A DNA stretch of 64,000 bases from the human T2T-CHM13v2.0 reference genome, Homo sapiens: NCBI RefSeq assembly GCF_009914755.1, contig NC_060934.1; one strand, written 5' to 3'. This document shows, one piece after another, positions 60,911 to 64,000 of the stretch. The position numbers were made by a program, and so were the translations under genes. The notes beneath the pieces were generated by a model. The model was not told the origin of the DNA, ran no database searches, and was given only the letters and a program-made list of their open reading frames with translations. Numbering within the stretch: the stretch's first letter is position 1; every line of letters begins with the position of its first letter.

Positions 60911-63271
60911 TTTCTTTTTTTATTTTTGTCTCAAACAACCTATATTTATTATCTGACAGTTCTGTAAGGCAGAAGTCCAACATGGGTCTCATGGGTGTCA
61001 GGTCAACTCAGGGCATGTGAGTGAAGTTATCCTAGACCATGCAGGCCCAGCTGAGCCTTTAGCTGATCTCAGCAGTCAGAAAGCTGACCCAAACCAGAGA
61101 AATTCCTAGCTGACCCATAGAATTGTAAGAACTTATGCATATTAATTATATTAAACACTGTTTTCTAATACCTTGTCATACAGCAAGAGCTAACAAATAT
61201 GGGAGGTGACCTAGAAAGCTGTGACATGCTCATTGCCAAAGACGTGGAGGACAAAAAACTGGCTCCCTCTGAGGGCTTACACTACCAGACAGGACCTGCC
61301 ATTTGCACAAAAGCACTGGGGCAGCCAACGGGTCACTGCACAATCACCATGGAGCAAGCAGATCCTCAGGACTTTAAAGGCTGCACAGATCACCAGCATC
61401 CAGATGAGATGCAGGAATGAGCCAGCAATGGCCGCTTCCTCCACCAGCCAGTGCTCCCTACATGAGACTCTTCTCATGCCTCCCTGAATTCTGTATGGCT
61501 AGGGCAGGGAACAGAGGAGAGGGAGGAGAGAGAAGCTTGCGGGGAGAGCAAGCCACATGATCTCCTCTGCCAGCAGCTCACTGCTGAAGACCAGGGCAGA
61601 GGATCATCACATCCAAGTAAACTAAGTATTTGCCTGAAAGGGGGTAAAGGTTTTAACTGTGAATCAGAATACTAGCCAAACTTATTGGGCAAGAGATCAA
61701 GTTTTCTTTCTGTTCCACTTTCAGGATCAGAAAAATAATCTGAAAAGGCAAAACTGATAGTAGTGGTTATTGTAGGGGCATGGGGGGAGGAAATCACATT
61801 TGCACATTACTGGATTAAAATTCCCCAATTCAGTCTGTTACAGTCTCTCATTCCTTTTTCTCTCCCTAATATTTGGAACTAGTGGCACGCCTGGCCTTTG
61901 GAGAATGGAGGAATGAATGTCTGAGTCTTTGCTCATGTCCTCTCCAGCTAGTCAGTCTGGTAATATTCTAGGAGTCCTCCATGATTTAACTGAAATTCCA
62001 GCCCTTTTCTAAGCTTTTCCAACACCCAAGGCTCAACTCTACCTCAACACTTAACCAAAGTGTTTTGTAATTGGCTGGATCAATGTCCATTTCTCCCACT
62101 GATTGGGGATTGAGATCTCTGCTGCCCCCACCCACAATCTCCATCCTCCGGGGACACAGGATACCATGCCAGCCCCAACCCCTCTCCCACAGCTTCAGGG
62201 ATGTCTGACAAAGAGATAGCCTCTCCATCCATCAGCTTGGTGGCCCCAGATCTCAGAGCCAGAAGCTGTTCCAAGGTTGTAGGAAGTGGTGAAGCTTCAA
62301 CAACTTGCTTCCTCCAGCCTGCAGGAGCCCCCACCCACAGCCCACCTCATTTCTGTGAGGTTTGTGTTTTGAGACCCACAGATTCTTCAAGGTGCTTTTT
62401 AAGATTTCTTACTCTCTGCTGGCAAATTGTTAATCAGTTTGTCGCAGCATAAATAAAATTAGAGTTTAATTAAAATGAATGAGTGAGTGGAGACCAGCCT
62501 GGCTGCTTTGCTCTTGAGCCTGAAATGAGTAAATAATGAATGTGTCACCAGCAAGTGATGTGCTTTAGCAGAAGTGTGAGGGCAGCAGAAAGGAGGCCGT
62601 AGAGAGCTCCTCCACCCATAGCAATTTGCAAGTTGGTGGAATCTCCATTTGGGTGTATCTTGTTAATAAATTCTGCAGGAACTGTTTCTGTTTTCTAGGC
62701 CTTCCAACAAAAGTGATGACAGGGCCACACACAGGATGCCCATTCTCTGGGCACCTCTTAATGTCATGGTCTTTGTGAAGGGGAACAGTGGACACACGGA
62801 TGGGGCAGCACCATAGACATTTAGTGGACGGGATAAGGAATTCTAACATTCTCCATGTGTAAGATGCAGAAAGAGTTGTCTTACATCCCACAGGACTTTC
62901 AAATGCTTTCCCAGACATTCATGCAGGAGAGAAATGTTTTTATGATTATTTAGGCCTAGACCTGAACTCCATGTAACATAAAGTCCTTTTTGCACAGTTT
63001 TCTATGCAAGGCATTTTTCTAGAAATGCAACTACTGTGTGGAGTGAGGTAAGCTGGGACTGGCAGCACTTTTAAAACCACATCCCTGATGGAAACACCCC
63101 TCCTAGTGTTCACGTCTCCGGTATAGCACACTGTGACAGTCTGCATCCGAGACTGATGCAATGTGTTATAGCAGACATGGCCGCACTCGTGTTGACTCTA
63201 CACACAGGTACAAACATCTTACTATTCACTTTGTCTTCAAGGCCAGGCCTGCCCGAATATTTACATGTTGA

Positions 63272-63580
<309 letters not shown>

Positions 63581-63649
63581 AATATTCTTTTATTATAAAT
63601 TACTTTCCTTTTATTCAGTGAGGGCATTATACTGACTTTGGAAAAACTC

Positions 63650-63651
<2 letters not shown>

Positions 63652-63697
<46 letters not shown>

Positions 63698-63700
63698 TGT
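63652..63700. repeat. (TG)n microsatellite
   Basis: Seen directly. Confidence 0.95.
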
Positions 63701-64000
63701 TTAGGAGGTATTAAGAGATATTTGTTACAGAAATGGGTGCACTGGGCAGATGAGTTTGAGAGGATCCCTGCTCATGTCAACACATGGCCGGGAAAACTGC
63801 TGAGAGGATTTTGGATAATGTATTCTTCCACTGCTGCTCCTGTTCCCAGTCCCCATCAACCCCTCACTTCTCATTCAAGTCCTAGGAGATATCGAGAAGC
63901 CATGTCAGGGCCCCTGGAGCAGCTTGTCAGTCTGGGCACATGGGCCCAGTCTAAATCCTCCACCCAGCTGGCTGCCTGCTCCTATCCCCCATTCTGTGCC

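Noticed and set aside
61199-61487. GC-richer block with overlapping short ORFs
   Set aside because: No recognisable protein or splice structure; probably an old repeat

Overview
Primate DNA, most likely human chr10q11.23. The window holds the 5' part of ERCC6 (CSB) on the minus strand: non-coding exon 1 in a CpG-island promoter (~43.7-43.8 kb) and coding exons 2-7, all with splice sites and reading phase checked by hand. Intron 5 carries the domesticated piggyBac element PGBD3 (19863-22308). It has its own in-frame 3' splice site and poly(A) signal, so it acts as an alternative terminal exon giving the known 1061-aa CSB-PGBD3 fusion. The upstream 20 kb has no protein-coding gene I can support. 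It is a nest of retroelements: an HMGB1 processed pseudogene broken by Alu and LTR insertions, LTR8-like solo LTRs, a two-LTR MER41 provirus, MaLR/MLT2 LTRs, LINE fragments and many Alus. The strongest candidates for something undescribed are: (i) a spliced 122-codon upstream ORF overlapping the CSB start codon; (ii) three palindrome-bearing repeats in PGBD3 that could form mutually exclusive RNA stems next to its branch point and poly(A) signal; (iii) a near-perfect 115-bp non-Alu inverted duplication with template-switch scars in intron 4; (iv) intact tandem GAS/STAT motifs in both MER41 LTRs upstream of the promoter. Repeat subfamily names come from remembered consensus sequences and need RepeatMasker confirmation.
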